A DNA stretch of 64,000 nucleotides from Eimeria praecox (lineage: Eukaryota). The position numbers and the translations under genes were made by a program. Location of the stretch: NCBI GenBank assembly GCA_963920595.1, contig OY986947.1, forward strand, positions 6,262,001-6,326,000, read 5' to 3'. Shown here piece by piece: positions 40,201 to 52,516 of the stretch; position 1 is the stretch's first letter; every line of letters starts with the position of its first letter. The notes beneath the pieces are model-generated. The model was given only the letters and a program-made list of their open reading frames with translations. It was not told the origin of the DNA and ran no database searches.

Positions 40201-43200
40201 ACAGCCAACCAGAGACAAAGCGGCAAAACAGGGAAGGCAAATGAATCAAGAGGAGGCCGAACATAGAGACAATCAAACAGCTTTATTCAAGCAAAGACAG
40301 ACTGAGATGAGAGAAAATGGAGGGCAGACTGCCAAGGCAAAGAATGGAGACGGCGCAAATAGCGGCAGTCGCGGGCTGAAGCAAACAAACAGAAAAACGC
40401 AGAACAGAAAAGTGAACAACTAAATAAACAAATATAATCAATTAACTGGATACGCTAATAAGTATAAGGGGGATCCACAAAAGGAAGTCAAATTCGCCGC
40501 AAAGGCGAAGTTTACTTGCTGCGAGTATTACTTCTGGCTAAGGAGGGAAGTAATACTCAGGCAACAACAGTAATGCACTAGCATGAGCAGCACCAGCACC
40601 AGCCGCAATGTAGCAGTAACAGAAACAAAATAGGCTTTTACAACCGCATCTGCTGTAGCTGGCCGCCCAGGAGCAACAAAAGCATCAAAAGCATCACCAG
40701 AAACAGCAACAGAAGCAGCATCAGCACTGGCATCAACAGCATCACCAAGAAAGCACCAGCACCAACAGAAGCAACGGAAATTGCATCGGAGGAAGCAGCA
40801 GCAGTTCCAGCAGGAAAGTATACCCCTGAAATACGGTATCCCGTGCATCTTGGCTATGATGTACAACAACATAATCGCGATGCAGCTGGTGCTGCAGGCT
40901 TCCTCTTCCGCTGCAGCAGCTTCGCCCAGACTCAAGACGGAAGCAGCAGCAGCCGCAGCAGAAGCAGAAGGAAAGCAGTGCTGCTGCAGGGCAGTTAAAA
41001 CCTCCGGGTAGTCCTGAGGGCCCCATCGCGCCAGCAACAGCAACAGCAGACACATCAACAGCAGCAACAGGAGGAGCTATCCCACCAGCAGCAGCGTGGG
41101 AGCAGCAGCACGTCCCAACGGCAAGTCGCAACGGCTTAAGAGGAGACGGCAGCAGAAGGAAAGCCACGAGAACATGCAGCGGCAGTTTGCTGCCCCGAGG
41201 TACTGACAAGGAATGAGGAGAGCGTTGCACCAGCAAGCGGATGGGGGGGATTGGTGTTCGTCTGGAGGAAAGCAGCAGCAGCTGCAACGAGGTGCTGCCA
41301 CCGCTGTAGAGCAGCATAAGGCAGGCCAAAGAAGCAGCCGCCATCCTGCTGCACCTGCTGCTTCAGAGCCTCCTTAGGTCCCCAACTCAGAGCAGCAGCA
41401 AACGCATGCAGGCCGCATTCACATACAAATAGCCAGCACTGCAGCACCAGCAGCTCTGCTGTATCTCCCTGCTGCTGCAGCTGCTGCTGCGAGACACATT
41501 CGGCGCCTCCGGAGCTTCCTACGCCCAGTCGCTGCGCTCCACACGTAGACTGAGATACCAAAGGAGACAGCAAATGCAACAGAGATGATCGCGCACAGCT
41601 TGTCTGGGCAGCCAACACCTCCATCACTGCATCTGTCTCCTGTTGCTGCTGCTGGTGCTGCGGCTGCAGACCCCATGCCTGCCAAGAATGAAGGAAGCCA
41701 TCAAATATAAATGCAAACAGCAGACTGTTGGGTCCCTTAAGAGACAGAAAGGGGGATACAGCGAGCGCCTGGGGCACAAGTGACCTCAGGATTGCATGCA
41801 CCTCTTCTGCTGTAGATGCAGGGAAGGTATCCTGCTGCTGCTGCAGCTGTTGCTGCTGCCAGGGTGCCTGATGGTGGCCGCCAAGGAGGTGGCTGGGGAC
41901 AAGAGCCGCCAAGCGCTGCATAAACTCTGCTTGTGTGTCTTGCTGCCGCACACAGTCCCCTAGCATGAGGCTGCAAGTCTCTGTGAAGGCTGTCTGCAAA
42001 TCTGTTGCTGGTTGCGCTCTACAGCGCAGCAACATTAGCAGCAGGGCCCGGGGTAAGCTCCGCTGCAGCTGCGCTGCTGTCGTTGCATGCGCTTTCCGCA
42101 GATCCAATAGCCCCAATGCCTCTGCAGCAGCGAAGGGCCCCCAGCGAAACCCGCAAGAATCGAAGGACGGGCAAGCCTCTTCTCCGTCCTCCTCACAAGC
42201 AGAGGCCCCTACGGAGCCTAAAGAGGCCCACGAGCAGGTACCGGGGACCCCCAAGGAGGCAAAGGAGGCCCCTGAAGAGGCAGAGGGGGCCCCTAAGGGG
42301 CCAGAGGAGGCCCATAAGAAGGCAGAGGACTTCCGTGAGGGCTCTTGTGCAGCCTCCTTTAGAAGGAGTTGCAGGGCGTCTGCAACCACGGCAGCTTCTT
42401 CAGTCAACTGCTGGAAAGAGGAAACCGCTTTGTCATTTGCTGCTACAGCCAGTAGCCTCTGGGTTTGCTGTTGTTCATAGTCGAAGCAAAGGATGTAGTA
42501 GCTGAGCAGCAGCTGCGCCTTCAAGTGGGGAGCTCCCCTCTTGGGCAGAAGCTTTGCCAGGACCCCCGGTCGCAGGAGCCCCCCGCTAGAGGGGGCCCCC
42601 CAGGGGCCCCTAAGGGAGCTGAGGGTCAGAGTATTGCTTGCAACTGCAGTGATAATATCTTCAACAGCAGAAGCAAAAGCCAGCTGAAGCAACGCAACGT
42701 TGCTGGAGTGTACAGGGAGGTCAGGGGAGGCGAAGGCCGCCGTGAGCAGCTGCGATAGGCTGGGGGACAAACTGCCTATGCATCGCAGCACCAGCGCGAG
42801 AGGTGATGCCGGCGAGAACGAAGACGCCTTCAAACCCTCAAACAACACCGCCACACAGTCGCGTCCAACCTGCAATGCATGCAAAGCCACATGCACCCAA
42901 GGCACACCTCCAACGTCTCGGGCGTATCAGCAGCTTGTCGAGCTCTTCATCACAAAACTTTGGAGCAAGCACCCGTAAGCCCTAGACCCTAAATCCTTAA
43001 CCCCTAGACCTAAACCCTAAACCCTAAACCCCACAACTTGAAACAGATCTAAAGAGATAGCCCAAACAAACCCAAATACACAAAAGGGACTGCAGACAGA
43101 TATCAGCAGCAGTTCTAACCTGGCGTTAAAAATATATATAACCCCATGCGTTTGGAGATGTCAATGATATGTATGGATAGATATAAATAGATATAAATAC

Positions 43201-45093
43201 AGATATTATTTGTGTCATTAAATAGACACATCTAACATGAATATAGACGGATAATATATTCTCTCGTTCGCGCATTTGCACAATGCATACTCCGTGCATT
43301 TGGCTTTCGATACTAAAGTGATGTATGCCATTAAGAATGTGTACCGAATATTAGGTACAATACATATATAATGCATCTGATATTTAGACTTTGTATACTA
43401 TTTACATTACATGTTATACATATTATACGCATTTGCATTCGTATGCAGTGTATATATACACGACAGATATTCACACAAGCTCATGTACACAGAAATGTAT
43501 GCGAAGGTGCCGGTTTCTTAAACCCTACATTCTAAACCCCCAAAGCCTAAGTCATTAAACCCACAACTCTAACCCTTAAACGGTTCAATTAACCCCGAAG
43601 CTTTAAATCGTGCGCTTTAGATGCTTGAAGCCTAACTCCTAAACCCTAAAAGCTTTAAGCCCCTAAACCCTTATGCTTAAGCTTTTAATCTTAATTTCAA
43701 ACCCTAAGGAGACAAGATAAGGGACGATTAATAAGGGGATGAGGGCGCATATTGATGCAGCTATACAACAGCATGAACGGAGGAGTTGGGCCTAGAGTTC
43801 AGGGTTAAGTTGCCTCACTGCCAGCGCATCTTGTACTGTGGGGCTGTTTAAAATCAAAGACAGAAATGGTTTAGCAATTGCGACTTCAACAGAAGGAGAC
43901 GGGGGTCCCAGCAGGGAAATTCGTGAATATGTCTCCTTCTCTGCTACAGGAGCCTTACACGCTTGCTGTCCAAACCACATAACAGCTGCTGCACACAGGC
44001 ACAACGCCTCCCTCCGTGTAGCTGCTGCTGCAGGTGCTGCTGCGGATACGGCTGCTGCTGCGGCGGTGGCGCCTGCTTCTTGCTTTACTGGTGCAGCAGA
44101 TGACGCTCCCGCAGCGCCTGTAAGAGCAGCAGCTCCAGAACCCGCTGCTGCTGTTGCTGCTGCACTGGGAGTGTAAGCTTCTTGGGGCCGCTTCGTTACA
44201 TAGGATTTACTCGGGGGTCCCTGAGGTCTCTTGCGTCTATGTGGCTGCATCGCCTGTTCCTGCTGCTGCTGCACGACTGCCGCTGCTGCTGCAGCGGCAA
44301 CAGCAGACTGCCCATGATTGCTTGAAGGCAGTAAAGGATACAAAACAGGCAGCAGGAGAGGCAAGAGGGGTCCCCAAATATTTATGCCTCTTGCAACAAG
44401 GGCTGCTTCTGCGGCAGGGCCTGCAGCAACAGCAGTAGCATGTGCAGCAGCGTCTGCCTTGAACCTATGAAAGGCAGCAGACAGAGACAGCTCACTGAGG
44501 GCTTCGTCAGGCAGCCCCAGCTGCCCCCCAGCCTCCCACAAACAACTCAGTTGGGGCTCCTTCACAGGAGGGGCCCCTGCAGAAGAGAGCCCTCCCGCAG
44601 GCGCCCCTTCTGTCGCGCCTGTCCCATCATCAATTGCTGCTGCTGCTGCAGTTGCCTCTGTGGCTGCTGTATCTGCTGTTACTGCTCGTGCTTCACTTGC
44701 TGTCGGTGCTGCTGCTGCTGTTTTTGCTGCTACTGCTCTTTCTGTTGCTAGTGCTGCCCCTGCCGCTGCTGCTGCTAAGTGGGCTAGGCGCCTGGAAGCC
44801 CCAAATTCTTGCGGGGGAAACTGACAAGTTAAGGTCTTGAGGCTTTCGCAAGGAACAGGATATGAATCTTGCAGCTGCTGCAGCAGCGGGAGGCAGCAAC
44901 TAATAAGCTCGTTTGCAGGGAACTGCTGCTGCTGTAGGAGCTGCTGGTGGTGTTGCTGTTGTTTCTGCTGCTGTTGCTGCTGTCGTTGCTGTTCCTGCTG
45001 CTGTTGTTGTTGCTGCTGCTGCTGTTGTTGCTGCTGCAGCTGCAGGAGAGTCGCGAAGTCCCTGAAGTGAAGCAGCCCCAATATATCCTCCAT
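34598..45093 (-). CDS. Large helical protein resembling Integrator complex subunit 2 (INTS2). Exons 43819..45093, 41208..42869 (or ..42981 with a 1-nt shift), 40835..41013, 39687..39863, 38939..39103, 37446..38058, 36249..36625, 35655..35890, 34598..34857.
   Basis: Exon chain built manually with matching intron phases (~1650 aa). The C-terminal blocks [36 protein letters not shown] and [19 protein letters not shown] are colinear with recalled INTS2 motifs. The gene is likely real; the identity is moderately supported. Confidence 0.65.
36981..37262. repeat. Intronic (AT)n/(AG)n microsatellites; similar tracts at 32947..33030, 48231..48322, 57819..57883 and 63598..63900
   Basis: Directly visible. 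Confidence 0.9.
39203..39275 (-). tRNA. tRNA-Met(CAT), elongator type
   Basis: GGGCGTTTAGCGCAGTCGGTAGCGCGTGGGTCTCATAATCCCAAGGTCGCGAGTTCGAGCCTCGCAATGCCCA. G1-C72, a TTC T-loop and a U31:U39 pair indicate elongator rather than initiator. Confidence 0.93.
42984..43710. repeat. Degenerate interstitial telomere-like (AAACCCT)n clusters at both ends of an intron (42984..43032 and ~43520..43710)
   Basis: ctaaaccctaaaccctaaacc and variants. Other short clusters at ~31780, ~34530 and ~45785. Confidence 0.8.
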
Positions 45094-46409
45094 TTTAAGG
45101 GGCTGAGCCGCCTAAGACCTAAAGCCTAAGTCATTAACACCTTCGAACCGCCCAGGGGAGGGGATCCTTAGTGGCTGATGCATGCAGATGCTGCCGCGCC
45201 TGCAACATCAGCAGCTGCTGCGGCTGCTGCAGCACCCGAAGAAAGAAGACTAGAAGAGGGGCCCCTGCCACCTGGGCCTCGAGATGGCATTGTGCATGCA
45301 GCCGAGGCGTCCAGATGTTGTTAACACTGCTGCTGCTGCTCTTGCTTGTGTTATTGCTGCTGTTGCTGTTGCCGTTGCTGTTGCTGTTGCTGCTCCTGGT
45401 TTAGCTGCAGCCGCTGTTACAGGATGCATAAAAAGAAAGAAAACACACAAGTCACAAATGGACCGACACAGCTGCTCTATCGTGTTGACCCATCATAACT
45501 TGAACGGAAAAGCTGAGGCCTCCGGAGGACCCCCTGGAGGGCCTACGGGGGCCCCCTTGGGGCCCTTGTAGTCGGGGCCTCGTAGTTGGAGAAAATGCCT
45601 GCGTGGAGAAGGAAGTATTTATCGCTCCCCAGGTTAAAGAAATCGTTTTAATATTAATTATCGAAATAAAACAATAAACAGTTTGATTATTTCAGTAAAG
45701 CTGGGAAGATAACGTCTACAAGCTTTTGATGTTTACCAGGAATGCGTGTGAAAGTGATAAGGACTTAGGCTGTAAGACTTCGAGTTTTAGGGTTTAGGGC
45801 TTTTGGTTTTAGGGCCCGTGATTTTAGATTTTTTAGGCTTTAGCGTTTGTTTTGCTGCGTAATTAACTATATCTTCGCAACAATCCTGTGTGGCACATCT
45901 CTTCGGCCTCTATCAATACTGATTTCTGGTCTGTTTTGCATTGAGAGGAGCAGGTGACTCACAACAGGCAACAACCAATAGGGAGGAAGTGGTGGCTTCT
46001 GAGGTGTACAGCCGCCTCATGTGGTCTATCTGGGGAAGTTTTATACACAGTCGTAGCCACCGCAGCCGTAGTCTAAGACATCGTGGCTTGTATTGAGAGT
46101 TTGTAGCCAGTAGTGAAGCATGCGAATGCGCCGCTGAGCAGCAGCAACAGCAACAGAAGCGAGGGCAGCAACAGCAGCATCAGGATGCTTCAGCGGGGCC
46201 TCTAGCAAGCAAGGCATGCACGGCTGTTGGCAGCAGAACAAGTTGCACCCACCCTCATCCACCCCCAGAGAACCCAAGAACTAAAGAATGGAAGAAATGA
46301 AAGAGTGAAGAAATGAAAATTTGAAAAACTGAGAGACTGTAAAGCTGAAGAAATGAAGAACTCAAGAAGTGTACTCTGGTACTCCATGTTAAAGACAGGG
46401 TATAACGGC

Positions 46410-46835
46410 ATGGCATATTGCTGCAATAGAATCAGAACGCCTGAGCTAGTCCCTCAACACGATTCAAACGCCAATAACAATACTGGAGTAGATCTCAAGC
46501 AACTCGACATAATGTTGCCAATAGGTCAAAACAATGAAATAACTGATGTTGCAGAAATACACTTAAAACAGTTAAGAGAGTGCTGCAGCAAGGCTCAACA
46601 ACCGGAGGTGATGCTGCAATGGAGTCAAACCACCCGAAAAAACGTTGCAACATAGCCAAATCAATTACGACAAGGATGCAATAGAACCCAAAGAATTTAA
46701 ATAATACTGCAAAGAGAGTCGAAATAATTAAAATGACACCGCAACAAAATCAAAACAGTTACGACAATGCCGCAGTACGGTCAAAACCATTATGACAATG
46801 TTGTAACAGACTCAAAACGGCATAGATAATGCTAA
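46410..46835. repeat. Degenerate 31-bp minisatellite, ~13-14 copies
   Basis: A YTGCAA-like core recurs at 46583, 46614, 46645, 46676, 46707, 46739, 46770 and 46801; consensus approximately [31 protein letters not shown]. Confidence 0.75.
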
Positions 46836-48229
46836 AGCCGGATGCCTAAACAATAAAGGCGCCGCATTCTTATCTCGACGTCCTTACAGCAGCAGCGAAA
46901 TGCCCGAGTCTTTGAAGCTGGGCTGAATGCCCCGGTCTGCTTGCACGCAGGCATGGGTGCATGCATGCATGCAACACGGCAGCCAATTGTTAAACATTCA
47001 CTTCCTAGATTCCTAGGAGGAAGCACAACGACGGAAATATAACCGCATCTTGTTGCGAAGAGGGTCTACCTGAGACCACCTCCAGCAGCAGATTCTGCTG
47101 CTGCACCTGCTGCTGCCGCGACAGCAGCATGCTGTTGCTGCTGTTGCAACAGCAGCAGCGTCAAGTCCTTCTGTAGTGGTAAGACGGTTGCCGCGGTTTC
47201 AGCAGTCAGCATCATACAGGCAGAACACCCGGATCAGACGGCGTATGGGATGTTATGATTCAACCGCCGCTACTGTCTCTGCCGCTGGTGCTGCAACAAC
47301 AGCAGCAGCACAAGGATAGTATTTTTTTGTCTACAGCTCGGTAGTGCAAAAGTTGTTTGGGCTTAGTCAAGGGCTAATAGAAAGTCCCTGTCAGCGGGAC
47401 TGTTTCAAGTGTTTGTTCGTTCCTTTCTTTCTATTGGTTGCCCCCATTATTTTGCTTATCCTTTCGTCTTTACTATATTTTCTAGTCCTTGGTCGCTATT
47501 ATTTCGGTTAGTCCTCTGTCGTTCTTGCTTTGTTTGATTCTTTTTCTCTATCACTTATTTGTCTCCTCAGGCTCAATGAAGCAAGTGGCCTTCTCAGCTT
47601 TACGGAGGCAGCGCCTCAAGGAAGCAAACCCAGGTAAAGGTCTCCAACTCCGCAAATAAACAAACGACAAAATAAGCAACAACATAAACAGCAGCCCGCA
47701 CAGCAAAACACACAACGAAACACAAACAACAAACATACAAAAGGACGCAAAACAAAACAAATGACAGAACGAGCAGCAAAACAAACAACGGAACAGCCGA
47801 CAACACAGGCAACAAAACAAATAGCAAGACAGGCGACAAAAGAGAGATGGCAACCAAAAGATCCATACGACAGAAGCAAGCAAAGAGGAAAACTACGAAA
47901 ACACACAACAAAGCATACAACAAAACACAAATCCAAAGGGTCAGAATTAGCTGGCGCTGAAGAAAAGGGGGTTGCTGCCTTTGGCTTTCTTCTCCGTAGC
48001 ATGCACACAATATACATAATATACAAACTACATAATACGCAATATATATAATGTATAAGGTATAAGGTAAAACAGAAATATATATATCATACACGTGTGC
48101 TTGCTCATCCATCGCAGCCACAGGGGACAGCAGGCTTTGGCGCGCATTGCCGTCTGCATGGTTGCCAGCTATGCCGCTTCAGTTCATGTGCATAAATACA
48201 CAATTTATGTATATATGCATGCATGTGTG

Positions 48230-48315
<86 letters not shown>

Positions 48316-48691
48316 GTATATATGCGTAACATATGTGTGCACACACAATACAGCTAATATTCTATTAGTTGGCAAGCTGGATTCAACGAGTGGAGAGGCA
48401 GTAAAGCCGACTCCAGTTTACTTTTGCCACTGTCCCTCTCTGTATCTCCTTCCTACTCTCCACTCCCTACTGCACCCAGCGGCGACTGTGGGGCCCCCGA
48501 GGAGACCCTGTGGGCCCCCTCTTTCCTCCCCCTTCGAGCTTCCAGCCCATGAAGGGGGGGCCGGCAATGCGTCGGTTTCCCCTTAAAAGCGTGAGAAAAA
48601 ATTGAACAAACAATAAATCAGCGTTCTGTATACTGATGGAAGCCAAGTCCCCCTGAGGGGCCCCAAGAGGAGAGGTGTACTCTCTGCTTCC

Positions 48692-51491
48692 TTAGCCTTG
48701 GGGGGCCCCCGTGCCTGAGGCAGGGGGAGTCACCGCAGAGGCAGCAAACTGCTGCTGCTGCGGCTGTTGCTGCTGCTGGGGGGAGTCCCAGCTGCAACGG
48801 TACGAGCTATCAGCAGCAGAGAAGAGGCTAGACGAGCTGAGACTCCATGGTGTATCCAAGAGCGCCTCCCGCTGCTGTTCCTGCTGCTGTTGCTCCTGTT
48901 TTTTTTGCTGCTGCTGTGTGTCTTGTTGTAGCATATGCTGCCACGGACTAACTCCTGGCACGGGTTGCTGCCATGTCGCCTGCGGGCTGCTGCTGCAACT
49001 GCTGAAGCAGCTGCTGCTACTGCTGCAGCAACTGCTGCTGCTGCTACTACTGCTGCTACTGCTGCTGGCGCAGTCCCCAAGCGCTTGCCTTGGCCGTTTC
49101 ACACCCTTGCCTTTAGGGGCGTCCGGCCCCAAGAGGCTCCTGTACATCAAGTGCGACAGAGACAGCGTCCCCCAGGCTCCAGAATAGGGTCCCCTGAGAG
49201 GCCCTGCGGCTGCCTTTGCGGACCCCCAGGTTTCAGGCAGACTCCCTGCAGGAGGAAAACCCACAGCTCCTGAGGGAGCGAACCTACTAATGCTGCTGCT
49301 GCTGTTGCGGCTGCGTCTGGGCAAAGGAGCAGACTTGTCTGCTGCTGGCGGGCCCCTTTTACAGCGCGTCGGGAGCCGCACAACAGGTGTCGCCTGAGGG
49401 GCCCTGAGGGTCCTTAGCGGTCCCTGGAGAGCCACACAGGGTCTCTTGAGGACAAAGGAAGGGTTTGGTTTCAACAAGGTAAACGTGCAGCGAGGCAACA
49501 AACGGTCTTCTGCTTCCACCAGCAGCAGACGAAGAGCATCCTCCAGGCGCCCCTGCAGCAGTTGCAACCCAGAAGAAAGGCTTGCATCGATTTCCGCTGC
49601 TGCTTCCAGAAGCGCAGCAGCAGCTGCTGCTGCCCCTGCTGCTCCAGCCTCCTGCACCTTCCACTCCTCCCCTTGTCTCTTAAGCCGCACCTCCGAATTC
49701 TCCTGCCGCTGCTGCTGCTGCTGCTCCTGGTGGAGGTGCTCCTGCTGCTGTTGCTGCGCCAAGAGCCTTTCTGCTGCTTCTCGCAGCTGCTGCATGTAAC
49801 AACAGAGTTCAGCAGCACGCTGGGGACAGAACGCAACCTGCCGCAGCAGCAGCAGCAACGCCTCCCTAGTGCCTTCAGGATCCTTTGCGGCGCTGTCATT
49901 TACCAATGCTGCAGCCTCGGGTTCTGCTGCTGCTGCTGCAGAAACAGCAGCAGCAGCAGCACATGCAGAGGCATCAACAGACTGAGGAGCACAAGCAACA
50001 ACTGCGTGAATAGGAGAGTCCACAGCAGCACCCCCCCTGGCCCCCTCTGCTTCAGCCGCAAGACCCGAGGCCGCCGCAATCCCTTTGTCAGCATCACCAC
50101 TTGCAGCAGCAGCTTCTGCATCAACGAAAGCGTCACCCGTTGCTGTCGACGAATTTGCTGAAGAAGAAGTACTCGCAACAGCTCCAGGCTTGCGAAGCGG
50201 TTTAAAAGGCCTGTCAGTCTCTTCAGCTGCTGCATCAGGGGGGCCCTCTAGAAGCCTCTCAGAGGCGTCAGGTTGCTGCTGCTGCAGAGCCTGCTGCTGC
50301 TGCTGCTCCCTGGATTGCCGCTCGTACTCAAGGCCCTTGAGGAGGATGGGGATGGTCTTAATAAGGGGATATGGACACCCCGGGCTGCGCAGGCAGTGGC
50401 GGCGAGCACTGAGTGGGCCTCTCCTTGTTGCTGTTGTAGCTGTCGCTGCTGGCCCTCCAAGGGGGCCGGGAATGTCGCCGTTGCAGTGAGGGGCAGCTGA
50501 CGAACCTGCTGCTGCAGCTGGCTTCAAGGCGGAGCAGCAAGCAGCCAGAGAGTTGTATATATGCCTCATAGCTGCTGTTGTGTCTGCACCATCAGAAGCG
50601 AGGTGTGCAGCAATGCACCGTGTGACTTCCCCCACCGTTTCTTCTGCTGAAGAACCTGCTGCTGCTGCTGTATCAGCAGTCTGCGGGGCTCCCCCGCCAC
50701 GCCCCTCTCCTTCACTGCCTTGCTGCTGCTCGTCCCCCTGCTCCTTCTGCTTCTGCTGCTGTTGCTGCAGTAAACAACCGGGCTGTTCCACAGGGGCCCG
50801 CCGGTTTTGCTGCCGGCATGTTGCTGCGGCTCCTGCTCCTGTTGTTGCTGCTGCTGCTGCTGTGCATCTGCTGCACTCTTTAGCGAAGGCCTTCGAGGCG
50901 GCCTCTGCCTGTCGCAACAGTTCTTGCCAGTCATCTGCTGTAGCATCTAAATCTGTTGTTGCTGTTGTTGTTACATCTGCTGCTGCATGCGCCGCTTCTG
51001 CAACTGCACCTGCTGCTCCCGTTGCTGCGGCATCGGCATCGCTAGCCGCAGCTCCTAGATCGAGTCTGCTAATAGCCGCCTCCGTCCTCTTCGCCATCTC
51101 TGCTGCTCCTCTGAAAACTTCCGCTGCACTGTCTTCCAGTGTGGCAGCAGAGGCCGAAGCGGGGGCTGCCGCAACGGGGCCCCCAACGACACTGTTGTAC
51201 CCTGAGCTGCTGCCGTAGCAGCTGCCAGCCTGATCCTGCATAGAGGCGCCATAGCCCCTGAAGGAGCTGCGCACCCAAAACTGGTGCTGAGGTGTATAAG
51301 CATGTGCAACAGCAACACGAGCAGAGACATGCAACAGGGCTTCTCTCGCGGCGGCATATTCAGGGTCAGGGGCTCCCAGGGGCCCCTCTGGGCCTCCCCC
51401 ACGCCACTCGAAATCAACAGCCTGAGGGATTTGAGGCGGAAGCTTCCTGCCAACTGTATCAGCATAAGCACTAAAAGCCTCCCCATGCAAC

Positions 51492-51523
<32 letters not shown>

Positions 51524-52485
51524 CCGTGCACAGATGTCGCAATGGCCGCGGCCCCAAGGCGCACTGCAGAACTTGCCGTTGGGTAAACGAGCGTCGTCTA
51601 CAGCAGCAGGTTCTGCAGCAGCAGGTACTGCTGCTGCTGCAGATGCTGCTGCTGCTGCTGCCGATGCTGTGGGCGCAGCTGGTGTAGCAGTCCCAGCCGC
51701 AGGAGCAGCAGCACCGGAAGCTGCGGCTGCTGCAGCAGCTGCAGTAGTTGCAGAAGGCGCAGTATCTGCAACAGAAGCAGGAGCAGCATCACCTGCAACA
51801 GGAGCAGGCATAGCAGCAGAAACAGGTGCAGCACCAGCACGGGCTGCAGCGGGAGCAGGTGTTGTAACAGCGGTAACAGGGACTGCCGCAGCAGCGAGTG
51901 ATGCGGCAGCAGCAGGTGATGCAGCAGCTACAGCGGGTGCAGCAGCAACAGGCATTGAAGCGGAAACATGGGCAGCGGCACCTGTTGCTGCTCCATGTAC
52001 AGCCCCACGTGTTAAATTCTTTTCTGTCCCAAAAGGCGCTGCCTGTTCCGGCTGCTGCTGCATCCGCTGCTGCTGTATCTGTTGCTGCTGTTGCTGCTGC
52101 AGCTGCTGCAGCTGTTGCTGCACCTGCTGCTGCTGCTTTTTCGTTGTTGCACGCTCTTGCTTCTGCTGCAGCTGTCTTGATTGCCGCTGCAACATTTGCT
52201 GCTGCTGCTGCTTTTGCAGCAGCTGCTGCTGCTGTAGTTGATGCTGCTGTTGCGCTGCCTGGAGGAGCTGTAGTTGGTGCTGCTGTTGCTGCAAGTGCTG
52301 TAGTTGTTGTTGTTGCTGCTGCTGCTGCAGGAGCTGTATTTGTGTCTGCAGCAGCTGCAGTTGCTGCTGCTGCTTCTGTCGCAGCTGTTGTGTGTGTTGC
52401 TGCAGTTGTTGCTGTTGCAGCTGTTGTTGCTGTGGCAGCTGTTGCTGCTGCTGCGGCGGCGGGATCGGCTGTTGTTGCAGCAGTT

Positions 52486-52516
<31 letters not shown>

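Noticed and set aside
42927..42932. TGC-TGA as a Cys-Sec selenoprotein motif
   Set aside because: No redox-fold context or SECIS identified; an indel or alternative acceptor is simpler.
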